Positions 25,201-39,808 of a stretch of DNA of 64,000 nt are shown one piece after another. A program made the translations under genes and the position numbers. Under the pieces are notes generated by a model, which worked only from the letters and a program-made list of their open reading frames with translations, was not told the DNA's origin and ran no database searches. The DNA is from Camelus ferus (taxonomy: Eukaryota). The DNA lies in NCBI RefSeq assembly GCF_009834535.1, contig NC_045696.1, positions 79,982,001 through 80,046,000 on the forward strand. The letters run 5' to 3'. Position 1 is the stretch's first letter. Every line of letters starts with the position of its first letter.

Positions 25201-28200
25201 AGGAAGCAGAGCTCTGGCCCTCTCTTTCCAAAACCCTTGCCATGTAATTTCTAATATTGCTCTGGCCAAGCCTTTTAAAGTTTCATTTCCACTCTATCAC
25301 TTCTCATGCTCTCTTCAGTACTCAGCCTTCAACCCACTATTCCCCTCACTACAGGAAAATGGACTCATTCATGCACCTCCAAAGAGTCGTGTTGCATGGA
25401 TGTTTGCATTCCTTATTTATTTGATCGCTGCAATACGTGATACCATTCACCATTCCCTCCTTGAAACTTTTCTATCCCTGGACTTCCTTGGTATAATTGT
25501 CTTCTCTTTTTGTTTTCCTCCTATTTGTCCAATCTTCCTCATTTTCATTCATATAAATGCTTTCATACCACTCATCCTTCTTCTTTCTGCACCTTAAATG
25601 TTAATCATTCATGGGATTCTGCTTCTGCACTTTTAACTACACTCTTCCTAGGTGATCTCATCCTCAAGACTTCAGATGTGCCCGTTATACTATGTCTGCC
25701 AAATACTATAATCACAGTGAAGGCAAGGATCACACCAATCTTGGCCTGGAGAACAGAAACTAATTCATAGGTGTTTGTTGAATGCATTAAGTATCTGTCT
25801 CCAGCCCAGGTCGTCCTCCTGAGCCCCAGACAATAAATATGTGTATATGTGCATGTAGGTATACAGATTATATACCTCCGGTAGGGCTACTCCACCTGAA
25901 TGTCCTACAGGCATCTCATATTTATCTTATTCAAAAATAGCTATTCTTGACTGGCCCCCAACCTCTTCCTTACCTTTCATTCTCTATTTTAGTAAATGGC
26001 ACCATGCAAATCAGACACCCTGGAGATTGTCTTTATGACTCCCTTTTCACCTCACCCCATACCTAATTATTCATCAAACCCATTTAATTTTCTCATGTAA
26101 ATCTATCAATGCTATCCTTTCTGTTCCATCCACTCACCCTGCCATAACCTTAGTTCAGCCCTTCAACGTTATGCAGCTACCATGGCCTCCCTCTCTTGCT
26201 CTCTCTTCAGCCCCTGAACACCTCAGTGCCGCCTGTACACTGCTGTGAGAATGTTTTTTTCAAAAACAAACCCAATCACATGCAGTTACATATCCAATAT
26301 TAAAAGCCCACGAATTTTTCCTTTCTCTGTGCTTAAAAGCGCTGCAACAGGCACCTTTCGTGAAGGACTCACTCAGGGCAGTCGCAGCCGCGCCCTGTGA
26401 CAGGATTCAGCCGACCTCCTCTAATGGGGATCAGAGCCCTGGGTCAAGAGTGGCCTGGATTCTCAACGCTTTGTTCATGCTCGGGCAGTGGTGCCTGAGC
26501 CACAATCCTTGCCAATATATTTATCTTGAGTAGTGCTTATTTCACTACTTAAAAATTATTGCTAGGATCCCTCAGGCTAGTTAAAATGAACCTTCTAGTG
26601 CTAAGTGAGATGGCTGAGAGTTAAATGTTCGCAGAGCTACCTGAGTAGTGTCTTTCAAATGCTTATGAACCTCGTGTGGAGTGTGTATGTCTGGTATTAG
26701 CAGCCTGCCCCTGGAGGTATGCGCCTGGAGGTAAAAGGCACACGTATGTTTTACGCTTTCTATATTGAATCATTTTAATCTAAATTACAGACAATATAAC
26801 GCCCTATTTTGTGGGGCCTTACATGCATGCCTAATTTGCCTACCGTCTAATTAAGTAGAATCAGTACATACTCAACCCTTGGCATTCTTGCCTTAATGCT
26901 CAAGACAAGAATGGATATGCAACAAATGTTTTGTTAATGAATCAGTGAGTGACTTTACTAAACCATTAGTTATAAGGGCAAAAGTTTTGGATGGGAACTC
27001 AGAATTCATTTCATCTATCCAGGTGTCAATCTTCCATTTCTCTGATAGGAGCTGAACCATATGAAAATGCCATCTTCAATGTTGAAAAACGCACAAGCTC
27101 TGGCAATTTTATGTGGTCCAGTCTCCCATGATGCTTCCAATACACCTTCAGATAAACAGAGGGAAACTAGTTTAAAGCACTTTCAAGAATCAAGTTCTAT
27201 TCAAATGCGTAATTGCGAGGTCCCAGGAGGAGCAGATCCTTACTTCAGTGCTGCCCGTGCCTCCATCCGCCTTAATATTCTCTTTTTTTTTTTTTTTGAA
27301 GTATAGTTGATTTACAATGTTGTATTAGTTTCTGGTATTCGGTAGGGCCCTGCAGTTGCCATGAAGTTGTCACAGATCAATTAAATCCTGAGCGCTTCTG
27401 AGGTGACATTCAGATTAGTGGGAGGGTGAAAGAAAATCAATTCTTCCTTTTCAGTCTGCAGGTGCCGGCGGATTTCCTGGTGTGAGGAGTGAACTCTCAT
27501 TTCAAACACAAAGACAAAGATGGCCTCTCCTTTCAGGGCCACTAGCTGATTGCTGAGGTGATGCAGGAAAGAATAGAAACCCCAGGGGTCTTGCCTTACT
27601 GTTAAGGGCACTGACACAAAAAGACCTCTTTAGGAGTTAGAAAGGGGAGAGGACAGAATTCCTATTTCACCAATCCTTAAAGTAAAATTACCTTGCGAAT
27701 TTGGGCTTCAAACAGGGATAAGAGCACCAGTCTTTATTATCTGGCCTACACGTGAAGGAAAGAAATGTATTTTGAGAAAAAGTGTCACCATGGAGTGGGG
27801 AGGGGAAAGAAAGACGAGACAGGGTGAGGCGAAGTGAATTCCTCCGTTTAATTAGCAATCACCCCTGACCTGCCAGACGCAGCTAATGTTATTCCTGAAT
27901 GGTTGAGTCAAAGCAAAAGAGCAGGTAATTGGACAGCATGCACCGGAGCATTGCGAAGCATTGCATTTCCAGGGTTTGCACTGAGAGCAAACTGGATATA
28001 TGGGCTATGCTTTTAATACATTCTGCTTTCTAATTAGCAATCAGGGCTGATTTGTCAGTCATTCTACCTATAATGCATAAAGCACTGGAAAGCAGAGGGG
28101 GGAAAAAGCAAGTTCAGAAAATCAATTATGCTTATATTTATATCCCCTCAAGACTGAGGCGTTGCAAAAACTGCCGAAATATTATCTTCTCTTTACAAAG

Positions 28201-28645
28201 GAGCAGAAAGGAAGGGTGAGATTGGAATTCAATGTAATGAATAAATCTTTGGCTGTTTGGGGAACAGTACAATAGCTGAATATTTATGAGACTGATGATG
28301 AGAAATGCATTTCATATGGTCAGCAATTGTGGAAATTTTCTACCATTTTTACAGGGCATAGGAACAAGTACACGTTCAAGAAATATGGAGTCATTTTTTA
28401 CATGCGAGGAGTTAACAGAAAATGTTTTAAAATCTAGCGTTTTTATTGATAGTTGGCAAAATGGGAATTTCTCATCTATCTCAAAAAGCCAGGAGTGTAA
28501 CACTTATAAGAGGTGAAACCAAATCCCCCTAAAACCTACTTCCCCTGCCAAGTTTATGATAAATCCTCTACCCAATGCTTTATTCTCTTTCTTGCCCCAC
28601 CCCTGTTTCCCTCAGGATTGAGGAATATCAAAGAAAAGGGGGGAT

Positions 28646-29380
28646 TGAAACCAAGCAGGATCCTGCAGAGACCTCCCAGGTACAGAAGTCCCTACATGTC
28701 CCCCATTTTTTGTTTGAAAAAGGCTTTGGGGAGGGGAGTGGGTATAGCTCAGTGGTAGAGCACATGCCTTGCATGCATGAGGTGCTGGGTTCAATCCCCA
28801 GTACCTCCATTTCAAAAAAAAGGAAAGAAAAAAAAAGGCTTTTGTCTCCTAGGCCTTCCCTGAGTTCCAAAGAGCAGGCTTAAGCAGTTACTAATTAAGT
28901 AATAGAAGGCAGAAACAATGGAAAAGCAGTCAAGCAAGAACAGTAATGGTAGCTTAAACAATAGTTCAGATATAAAACAGACCTAGTTCCTCCTCAGGGG
29001 ATATACATAACAATCTGATGCATATTTCTGAGTTATTCTGCAGAAACTAAGACCATCACCCCACCCCCCAACTCCACTCCCTCGTCAGCCCAGGTGGAGT
29101 AGACCCCAGACTGATTGGAACCAGAAGGATGATGATTAAGATTTCTGAAACATTGGTAGTGTTACCTCACTTCCAGCCAATTAAAAGAAAGTTCACAGCT
29201 GCAACCCTCACCCTAAAAGTTGCCTTTAAAAACCCTTCTCTGAAAGCCATCAGGGAGTTTGGGTCTTTCAAGCACCAGCTGCCTATTCTCCTTGCTTGGC
29301 ACCTTCCTGTGCTTTCCTTCACCACAGCCTGGTGTCAGTAGATTGGCTTTGCGAGCAGACCCAAGTTTGGTTCAGTAATA
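28646..29380 (+). mobile_element. ERV1-type LTR preceded by its polypurine tract
   Basis: PPT AAAGAAAAGGGGGGA (28630-28644), then TGAAACCAAGC... ending ...TTTGGTTCAGTAATA. Internal TTTAAAAACCC TATA-like region. Interrupted by a SINE. Confidence 0.65.
28728..28836 (+). mobile_element. tRNA-derived SINE (camelid vic-1 type)
   Basis: Box A TAGCTCAGTGG, box B GGTTCAATCC, A-rich tail. TSD AAAAAGGCTTT at 28717-28727 and 28832-28842. Confidence 0.85.
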
Positions 29381-29999
29381 AAGCTAATATATAGTTTCCT
29401 TCCAGCGTTTTAAAGAGGGTAGTCTAAACTCATTCAGTGTCCTCCCTTCCTCAGCTCATATTCAGTCCTCAGCCAAAACATCTGCCTCCCATTACCACCA
29501 TCCATCAGAACTAGCCCTGCCAAGGCCACCAGTGACTTCTTAATTTCCAATTCAGTGAGTACTCACCTGGAGTCATCTTAACGGACTGCCCTATAGTCAT
29601 TGCCATGACTTCTCCCCTCTTTTTTGAAAGCTCTCATCCTTGGTTTTTGTGATGCCTAACTCTTGATTCTCCTGTCTCCCTGGTCATCCTGTTTCTGTCT
29701 CTTGTCCGAACTTCTCTTTATCTGCATGTGTCTTAAATATTGGTGCTCCCTGCTTCACCCTGCACAGGCGAGTTTTCTCTGAATATTATTTGCTTCCAAC
29801 CTTATGGTTTTAATTACCATTGGCAAGCTGAAGATACCTAAATCTCTTGTTCTGATCCTATGCCTGAACCTTAGGTTCAACATCTAATTTCCATCTAATT
29901 CACCAACACTTTATACTCAAAATGCTGAAGTAGAACTGGTTATCATTTCAGCTTCCAGCCCTGCTCCTCCTCTTGCCCTCCCAGTTGCTGTGCGGTGTT

Positions 30000-30400
30000 T
30001 GTGGCAGGCAGCCTCCCCCGCAGGTGCCAATGACTTCCACTTCCTGGTCATGCCCTAGTGGCACCCGCTTCTCTTGAGTGTGGGCTAGTGACTTGCTTAT
30101 AACACATGGAATATGGAGAAGAGCACTTTCAGGATTAGGTGGCAAAAGAAGATAGTGACTTCCTTCCTGCTTGTTCTCTCTTTCTCTCTCCTTGACTTGC
30201 TCTGAGAGAAGCCAGCTGCGGTGTTGTGAACTGGCCTACAGAGGAGCTCACAAGACCAAGGATGTGACCAGACAGCAGCCAAGGAGTACCTGAGTCTGCC
30301 CACAGCCTGAGTGAGACTGTTAGCGGCTTCTCCCCAGGTTGAGCCTTGAGATGGGTCAGCTCCTTACACCTTGATTGTAACTTTGCAGAGCTTGATCCAA
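30000..30400 (+). mobile_element. MaLR LTR (MLT1F-like)
   Basis: TGTGGCAGGCAGCCTC...CAATGACTTCCACTTCCTGGT...TTGAGTGTGGGCTAGTGACTTGCTT...GAAGCCAGCTGC. Confidence 0.65.
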
Positions 30401-30799
30401 CTCATATACCACATGAATTCACTGTGTACTAGATTAAACAATAGATTATTTGGGAAAAATATACACGTGGTGAAACTGTAAAAAAAAGACGAAGAGGGAA
30501 ATGATTAATACAATATTAGGAGAAGTGGTTACCTTGGTAGAAGAATACAGGGGATAAAATCAAGGAAGGGATCAGGGATTTCTGAGGTGTTGGTACTTAA
30601 TATTTAAGCTTGATGGCAAGAAGTGATTATTTGTTTTATTATCCTTTAAATTTTATCTGTGCTTTGTATGTATTTCTGCCTATATACATAGACAAATATA
30701 TTATACCAAAGATATATAGATACATATGTGTATCTATATATCTTTGAACACATGATACATTTCACAAATGCTCGGTTTGGTTTTTAACTCGTATTTTCT

Positions 30800-33410
30800 C
30801 ATGATTAGATTGACCTTAAGGCTTCTGGGTGAGAGTACCACACAAAGTAGTGTTTGTCCTTAGTGCATATCAGAGGGTCAGACCTTATTCCAGGTGATAC
30901 TAAGCTTGAACATGAGCTAAGGTGGTATCTGTGAAATTTTTCCTCTCTAAAGTTACTGTTATTCCATTTGTAATTAATGTAAGTGGTTTGAGACTGTGCT
31001 AATATCCTGTTTCTCCTCAAATTTTTGCTGAAAGATGTTAGCATGTATCTTAGTGGGTCTTAATACTAGATTTGCCTTGTAATGATTTGTATTGCCTTCA
31101 TTCTTTCAACTCTTTTTTTTTTTTAATTGGTTGTTTTTATAGTGTTATTTTTTTTAACTGAAGTACAGTCAGTTATAGTGTGTCAATTTCTGGTGTACAG
31201 TCAATGCTTTTTAATTGGAATTTTTCTGTAGAGAAGAGCAGTCCCTTCTCATTTATTAATTTCATTATGTATTTATATCAGTACTCACTCAAGGATACTT
31301 ATTTTATTCTATTGGTTATAATCCAATATTATTTTTATGTATTTTATTTCAAATCATTCCACTTTTGGCCATTGGGAGTTCCACCTTAGCTCCTGTGTCT
31401 TGTGACATGCTGTCATCCCTTTTTTGAGTACTTCTCTATTTTTTGACACCACAAGATATTCCAGTCTCATCTTTTATTTTTTCTGCCCCAACTTTTCCAA
31501 GGAGCTCTGGTTTCTTCTACAGGAGAAGTGAATTTATAAACCAAGATTTTGCCACTAGGGGTACTCATGGCTACTGAAGTATCATTACTCCTAGGCTCTC
31601 TCAATGAACAAAGATGAGAAATAAAGATCAATACTAACCCACATATACACACATCTATATTTATTTCTACATCTATCCATCTGCGTATATATATTAAAAA
31701 TTGTAAATTTCCACATTCATAAATCATACCCATGATTCCAGTCCAACACCATGAGGTTCATTTCAGCCTTCTCCCTTTATTTATCTGTAACTTTTCTGCA
31801 ACAGTGAGAGATCCAGCTCTTGTTTTCTACAGTATGTTCACTTGTTTGTTCGATACTAGTATACACATAGAGTAGTTACATAATTGCTCATCTATACTCT
31901 CATAAGAAACAGATTTACTAACTAAAGTAGTTGCACACGGTTCTTTTTATCTTTAGCCTCACAGTATCCTGTCAAAATATTATTTTCCAAAGTAATTTAG
32001 GTTAGTTCTTTTCTGTCCATTCACTTCAGTGCAGTTAGGTCATCCATTTGTAAGACAGGTTCATTTGTTACTGATTACATTCCATTTTGGATTTCCCGCA
32101 CTTCCTGGTTGATTTTAAGTATCAACTGGGAGGAAGGGATGTATGTGAAACATTACTATGGTTCTAAAAGTCAAACTTCTTTTAAAAAGTACTCAGAAGA
32201 GTGTTTTTGTCCCTTTTCATCCCTATTAACCTGTCCCCATTCACTCCTTCCTGCACGTTTCCTACCAAACACTGTAGATAACCAATCTCTTTAGTTTCTC
32301 ATTTATCTTCCCCATATTTCTTTTGCATAAATGTGCAGATACATATGTATTTTCTTTCTCACATAAAAAGGTAGCATGATATATATATATATTCTGTTTT
32401 CCTTTTCCTTTTTACTTACTGATAAATATGCCCTGGAAATCACTCCATGTCAGTACATAGAGACCTTCCTCATTCTTTTTTACAGTAGCAGAGTACTCCA
32501 TTTTCTAGGTGTACTATCATTTATCTAATCACTCCCCTTCGAGTTAGAATTTAGGTTGTTTTCAATATTTTGTAATTACAAACAATGCTGTCTTAAATAA
32601 CCTTGGCATATGTATTTTGTATATATTAGAAATATATCTTCAGGGTAGATTCCTGTAAGTGGGATTTCTGAGCCAGAAAGCAAGTGCATGTGTAGTTTTG
32701 TTAGGTATTCCCCACTTCCCCTCGAGAAGAGCTGTGCTGGTGCACGTTGTCTGCAGGAACTTACTAGGCAGTGTCTGTGTCCTCACTGCCTTACCAACAA
32801 AAGATGTTGATACGCTGTTTTTATTTTTGCCAGTCTGATCGTGAGAAATTATGCTTCAGTATTGTTTTAATGTACATTTATATAATTATAAGTGAATCTG
32901 AACATCTTTTCATATGTTTGAGTGCTACTTATATATTTTTGTGTCTGTTCATGATTTTTTTCCCATTTTTCTAATAGGTTTCAGTCCTTTGTCTCTCGAT
33001 TTCTGCTTATGCTATATTTGTCTGTGGTGTACGTTACAGATATTTTCTCCTGTTTGTCAGTTGTCTGTTGGTTTTGTTTATAATGTGGTGGGGGTGGAGG
33101 TTATCATGAAAGCTTTTTAAAACTTTTCATGCAGTCAGATTCAGATTTCTTAATCTTTACTTTTATTGATCCTGGATTTTGAGTCACAGAGAGTCTTTCC
33201 CTACATCTTTAATAATGTTAGAGAGGAATTTTCCCATGTTTTCTTCACATACGTGTATGTTTTATTTTTTTACATTTAGATCCCTAATTGCTTTGGAGTG
33301 TAATCTTGTCTATAATGTGAGATGTGGATCTAATTTCATCTTCTAAATGATTATCCAGTTATGCAGCACCATTAAAAAGTCCAGCTTTACCCCAGTGATT
33401 GGAGATGCCA
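30800..33410 (-). mobile_element. Old LINE-1 (L1MC-like) 3' UTR and ORF2 end
   Basis: Antisense L1MC-type 3' UTR grading into antisense ORF2 remnants at ~32400-33400. Strongly diverged. Confidence 0.6.
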
Positions 33411-36400
33411 TCTAATAAATTAATTTCTCAATCTGCAACAATGAAGAGATTATGAAAACCATCAACAGACAAAAGACATTTCACAAAATTATTTACTACA
33501 GAAAGCAGATAAAAGATCATGGACAGATGCATGTGGGCTGAGGAAGTTCACACAGGGGAAGGACATTTTATAAGGATTTTTAAAAAGCCAATTCATCGAG
33601 AATACATAACCATCTTAAATGTGCATAACTGTAAAGTGTCTCTTGACTGATTTTCTAATCTAACAAAATGCTATGGCTCTCATTTAACACAAAAGTTGAG
33701 TTGAAAAATCATTTCTTTGTTTGTTCCTCTGAAATCGTTTTCCATTTCACCCCACAGAGCCAGAGGCATAATGAGGAGTTCCAGCCACATCTACGATAAC
33801 ATCTTGACTTCCTAACATCCTTTAGGTCCTTGGGAAACAGCTGGATATAGTATTCATTCAATTCTTCCAGCTGTGAGGTTTTTATCTTTTGCTTTTGGCT
33901 TTTTAAAATTTTACCAGTTCATTTCCATTCTCCTAGGAAAGCTTCAGATAATAAAAACATCAATTTGTTTTAAAGGGAGTGGTTCTGGGATAGGACTTTC
34001 TATTCTCAAAGAACATGAAAAGCCAAGCAGAGCCACTCTTGGCTACATCACACAGGCCATCCAACTCTGTGTTAGATGTGAGTACTGATCTGCTTCCCAT
34101 CCTGCTAAAGCACTGAGATGAGTCATCTAATTTCATAAATACTTGGTGTTAATTACAAAGTAGGTGAGGAATTTTGCTGTAAGTAGGATCAGTCTGACAT
34201 TTTGGAAGCTCTCCAGAATCCAGCTTTAAGATGTGCCTGAGGAGGGTAGACTAAGTAGCTAGGATTCATACCAAAAGATTTATCCATGTCTCTGAGCTGT
34301 TAGATTCTATGAGTCAGCTAAAGTCTTCACTTCATGTTTATGAAATGTCTTTCCTCCAGGGAGTTCTCCTCACATTCATTATCTCTTTAATCATCCACCT
34401 ATTCCCTTGGAGAGAGCAAAGTGAGAAAGCCCGGGTGAAGTTAGCTCTTTTAAATCCCAGGAGGGATTATTAAGGCTCAGAGAGAACAAATAATGATTCA
34501 AATCCATGAAGAAAAAAAAAAATGCAGGCCTAAGGAATTTTTGGAGTAATCATATAGATTTTGTCTTTTTCAATCCCTGAAATGTATACTGAGAATAGGG
34601 GGTGAACTCTGCCTGATGAGCATCATTAGTGCTAACTGATAATTTAATGTGAAAAAACTTCAGGGCACCGTGACAGTAATGAGGGTCAGAATTTTCACAT
34701 GATACGCAAACCTATTAGATTCTTTTCTGGCCAAGCTGCTGAAAGTCCTCTTTCCTTGCCCACGCTATGAGGATTTATGAGATCTGTCTCAGTTAGGGAT
34801 AAATCACTGAATTTCCTTGTCTGTAAAATGAGGCCGCTGGTCCAGCCCATGCCTTTTGCCCTAGGTACTTGGTGAGAATGAAAGATTCGAAAAGTTCCTT
34901 ATTCCTTGGGAAAGAACAATTACATATGGCTAGTCAGGCAAATTTTACAGATTGAATGCCCCAAGACTTAAAGAGAAACAAGGACTTTATGACATATGAC
35001 CTGAGTGAGGATTTTAATAAAAATGAAAATACATACAAGTGCCTGTTGCTGTTTCGCAGCTCCTGACATTTATTTCTGGTGAATTGTGGTTATGATCTTA
35101 ACCAATGAGGCTTTTATAGGTTGGTCACCATTTGCAGATATTGATATGTCTATTACACATACGAGGGAATGAAAGTAACATTTTGGGGATACTGCATGCA
35201 TAATTTTAATTATTCCTGATAACAACCAAAAGAAGAAAGCATTATTATCCTCAGTTTACAAATAAAATGGAGAGATAGATAAAATTACAACAGAAACTAA
35301 CTCAGGATATCACAACCAGTAGGTGGTAGAGTTGAGCTTTGAATTCAGGTTCTTTGATTTTTAAATACATGTTCTTTCCAATACATGGAATGTTTGCCAG
35401 CAATGGCATGTTTCATCTTAATTTGAATTATTCCAATATTTTAAATTATGTAATTCACAAAATAGAGATGTGATCTATATTCGTTGTTTTGAAACTGTAG
35501 GGCTTCTGGACAAAATAGGAGCTAACTCAACTCTCATGTGTGGAAGAGGGATAAATGGTGTCCCTCTCTGGAAGAGGCCTCCCTGGGAAGTCTGCAGCAC
35601 TAGGGACTCTCTGCACGATGCTCCATGAGTGCTTCATGACCTGGGAAGGAAGTACTAAGGGCATTTTTTAAACATATGACAAAATGATAATGTTCAAGGC
35701 TAAAATTATTCCTGCCACATACTGTGGCATTCGTTTTCAACTTGTCCCAACATCCCTATGGGATGCAATACACCGATATCAGTAACAGTGGTGTGGTTCT
35801 CTGCTCCACCAGGTCACAGTCACGTGGGCAGCTTGTCTGAGTACCTTAGGGTACTGCAGAAGTTTGGAAATTTGGAAAAGGCCCCTTACTTGGATGATCA
35901 GCTGTGAGAGGTGGAGGAGGTAGGGAGAGCCATATTCCCACCACTGAATAAATTCAATCCTCATTATAACAGACCATGCCTTAAAGCAAGTTATTAGAAA
36001 TATAACTTAAAAAATTACAAACAAGTTCGCCTTCCTCCAGACTGATGTAGCTCCATGCCAGGGCATGTGGTTTGATAAGTACAAGGCTGTTCTTCCGTCC
36101 TGACTCTCCTCTCAGGGCTAGTTGGAACATGATCTCCACAGCCACAGGCAGTGACCCTTCTCAGGGACTATGAAAGGACCAGTCTCCACATTCCACTAGA
36201 AACACAGAATGGCTCTAATGACCTGTCAGAAGATTAAAACCTCAATCTCCTTCCCCTTCAGTAATTACCAACAGTTCAGTTTACTTACTTAAAAAAAAAA
36301 AAAGAAGAAAGAAAACATACGTACAAAAAGAAGTTTAGCCTAACCAGAAATTAAAGAAACGCAAACTAAAATCATTTTTCACTTCAGGAAATTTGGTTTA

Positions 36401-37056
36401 AAATGGAAGTTTTTAGCTTTTCTTGAAAATCTAAAGATTCGGGCTGTACTTAGTCTTTATTTCTGGATGGTGAGAGTTGGCAAACGCTGAGTACCGGCCT
36501 CCCCCCGAGATGGGGCTTGCTGTCTCCAGTGAACCCCTCTTGCCTCATGGGTCTGCCTGCTCACTTGCCCGGCTTCTGAGTTTGCAACCCTGAGGAAGCA
36601 CCCTTCTCTGCTCCAGTCATTTGTGACCTGAGAGGTGGAGTCAGGTGACAGGAAACAATTCCCTATTTGTAAAAGATGATGTGGTCCTGCTCCCTCAGCA
36701 GAGGGCCATGGATATAGAAAACCTTCACAGGGAGCTCTGGGGTGGGGCAGACTTTCTGAAGCTTGGCTTATGCATTGCACAAACAGGACAAAATCATATT
36801 TTGTAAATATCAATATAGACCTTTTATTTATGTAGAGCTATGGTCACAAGTCAGTGAAAAAGCAGGTTCAAATCTATAAGATAGTGTCCCATTTTGAATA
36901 AAAAACATTTATATACAAGCATTGCTTGTTTTTTGAATCCATTCCCTTCCTGGTTTGAAATGTTGGATATCAAAGTTGAAATAGTGGGAGAATGAGCAAT
37001 ATGTCTGTTTCAAGTCTGTCCAAAAGCCCCAATCAATTTTCCAAAATTTAGCTCTG

Positions 37057-37367
37057 TTTTTTTTTTTAATTGGAAGTATAGTCAGTTTACAATGTTATGT
37101 CAATTTCTGGCGTACAGCATAATGTTTCTGTCATCCATTTACATACATATATTCCTTTTCATATTCCCTTTCATTATAGGTTACTACAAGATATTGAATA
37201 TATAGTTCCCTGTGCTATACAGTAGAAACTTGTTTATTTTATATGTAGTAGTTAGTATCTGCAAAGCTCGAACTCCCAATTTAACCCTTTCCACCCCCCT
37301 CCACCCAGTAACCATAAGTTTGTTCTCTATGTCTGTGAATCTGTTTCTGTTTTGTAAATAAGTTCAC
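37057..37367 (-). mobile_element. 5'-truncated young LINE-1 with TSD
   Basis: Poly-T followed by antisense L1 3' UTR. Flanked by CCAAAATTTAGCTCT (37041) and CCAAAATTTAATTCT (37368). Confidence 0.85.
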
Positions 37368-37849
37368 CAAAATTTAATTCTTAAACACCTATATAGTAAT
37401 AACCCTGAGGATTTCTGCATAAATCTATTATTAAGAAGTCAACTACATAATTATTTAATGGGCTTTTTAGTGGATATATTTTGATGTAATATTGAATAAT
37501 ACAGTGGAAATTTGTTCTTCTATACTACAAGCATATACTGTGATGTAAACTAAAAACTATTATATAGTTTAAAGTTATGCAGTGAATACAAATAGCACTG
37601 AGTTAAATAAGCAAAAATGAAAATTTTTAAAAATGCTTACTTACCAAACAAGGAGTGCTTTATGGAGAGGAGGATGGAGCCTCAGTTAGGTAGACACTGA
37701 TGCCCTGCAGGGGTGGGTGGAGGTGCAGGAGTGAGCTAGCAGAGAGCAAGAGGAACAGCACTCCTGCAGTTCGCCTACCTTCAAGTCCAAGGACCTTGTG
37801 GACAGTCATCTCTTTTTGGCAGTTGAGTCTGAGAAGTGGATGGCTATGA

Positions 37850-38900
37850 ACCATTATCTGATATGGTAGCTAACCAAGGACCAGAACAAACAACTTGCAA
37901 AAGCAATCATTTTATCTACATAATTCCACGTTTTCTGAAGAGCCAGCAACAGGCATTTATGGCTCCTCTTCTTTCTCTTGCTTTGACCTACAATGAACAT
38001 CAAGTTGAACAAGTTCCTTGGTTGTAAGTTCTTTGTACCATCCCCTTCACTAAATCTAACCTCCTTCAAAAGATTTAGGATTTTTACTTTGCGTTAATCA
38101 CTTCCTTGAAACCTTGGAAGTCAGCAACAATTACGGGACCAGTTTTTCCCATACTCCATTCATTGTTTGTTATGATACATGCCAAACCCAGTTGATAAAT
38201 TTGAAGACCTTCTAAATGTCAAAACTCTTCCATAAATCCTTGATCGATGCAGTGTTGCCTGCATCCCCAGACGATATGTCAGCATATAAGGGCCGCATAC
38301 TACATCACCGTCTGTAAACAGTATGCCTTGAAGGCTGCAGGACTCTGAGAGGCTACAATAAGACATAATAATGCTGGGAGGCATAAGACTACTGATATTG
38401 TCTCCGTAATTGTCAACACTAGAGGGACATGTGGGAGCATTGTCTATTATCAAAAAAGCGTCGTTTGCAAGTTTTTCATCTTTGTGTACCCTTTGATGAA
38501 TAGGCAGTTCCTCATGTAATCACTGAACACTGCCTTGGTCACCCAATCTTTATGAGTTGAATATCACATAACAGACAATTCACTCTTCAGTAGTCCCTAA
38601 AAGGCACTGGGGTTTCTGAAGTGATACACCGGTGGAGGTTACAGCTTAACATCACGTTCACTTTAAAGCAGTGTTAGCTTATTTTGGATTGGTTTGTGTT
38701 CTGGCACTTTTGTCTCCTTTCTGAAATGAACATACAGGATAATATTTGTTTCCAAAATAGCCCAATTTCATCCACATTAAAAATTTGCTCTGCAGTTCAG
38801 TCACCTTTGTCAGTAGTTCTCTGCAATTCGTGGGCTCATCTAGTTTCTTCACAGGCTTTCCAGTATTCTTAGAAGGCATTTTCATGCAATGATGTGGGGC
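37850..38900 (-). mobile_element. Tigger/pogo-family DDE transposase fossil
   Basis: Minus-strand remnants EQIFNVDEIGLFWKQ (~38745-38790), VYHFRNPSAF...DWVTKAVFSD (~38520-38630) and IIDNAP (~38435-38450) follow the Tigger transposase motif order. Stops and frameshifts present; TIRs not located. Confidence 0.75.
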
Positions 38901-39808
38901 GTCTGAGGAGATAATGCACCACGTGTGTAAACTGTGCAGGCACAGGATTCAGTGTTGCCCAAAGAAGAGCTGAGAATCTGCTGCTGCACTTTGTCTATTT
39001 TCTCTCCTGAATTTGTACACAAATCAGTTTTGTTGCTGTGACAATGTGAATTTGTTGTAACAAGTTTTCCTTTCAGATGGTTAGGAAAAAAATTTATATG
39101 TCGTTTGAACAACACTCAGTTGGCAAGAATTATCCATTATAAGACTATACAAGGATATAAACCAAGGTTAAGAATAACTATCCCCAAAAGATGGGGCAAA
39201 GTAATTTTAATGATTTTTCTTTTTGTTCATCAGTGCTTCTAACCTGCTGAAAATAAATATGTATCAATTTTATAGTTAAATGGAGAAAACAGATAAATCA
39301 GTAGAATAACATGCCATCTACCTGGCTTAGCAGAGTACAGTCCCACCTGAACCACACCTTGTTTTGGTCCTCCAACCAGAAAGGCACTTTAACAATATTT
39401 CCAATCCGCTTCTACTGCAAAACTTTATTTAAAATGTAACAAGATACTAAAATGGAACTCAGTTTTGAATCAGTTTCAGCAGAAGCCACCACAAAGCTGA
39501 GAGCCAAACAATAGATGACAAAGGAGACTCACAAAGGAGGTGTCAGAAAACTGGTTTTTCAGCCTTTAGTTGAACCCCATGTCAAAGGTTATAAAAAGGT
39601 TTTGTAGAAGAGGTGGGAAAGAAAACTTGCAGTGTTGTGACATTTTCCCTTTTCCCACCTTTGGGAGGAAGAAGGGTGTTTCCTGCAGCTTTACCTCAGC
39701 TTGGAGAAAGGGGCTTGAAGGAGAACATTTAGAGAACGTAGGATGTTGAGACACAGGGGACTGGGGTCTGGCACATCCTGAAGAATCCACCACCTGAAGT
39801 AGAAGAGC

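Noticed and set aside
28740..28810. tRNA-like sequence
   Set aside because: It has an A-rich tail, a TSD and a diverged second copy at ~49.5 kb, so it is a SINE rather than a tRNA gene.
37850..38900. Domesticated TIGD/CENPB-like gene
   Set aside because: Multiple stops and frameshifts across the DDE region.
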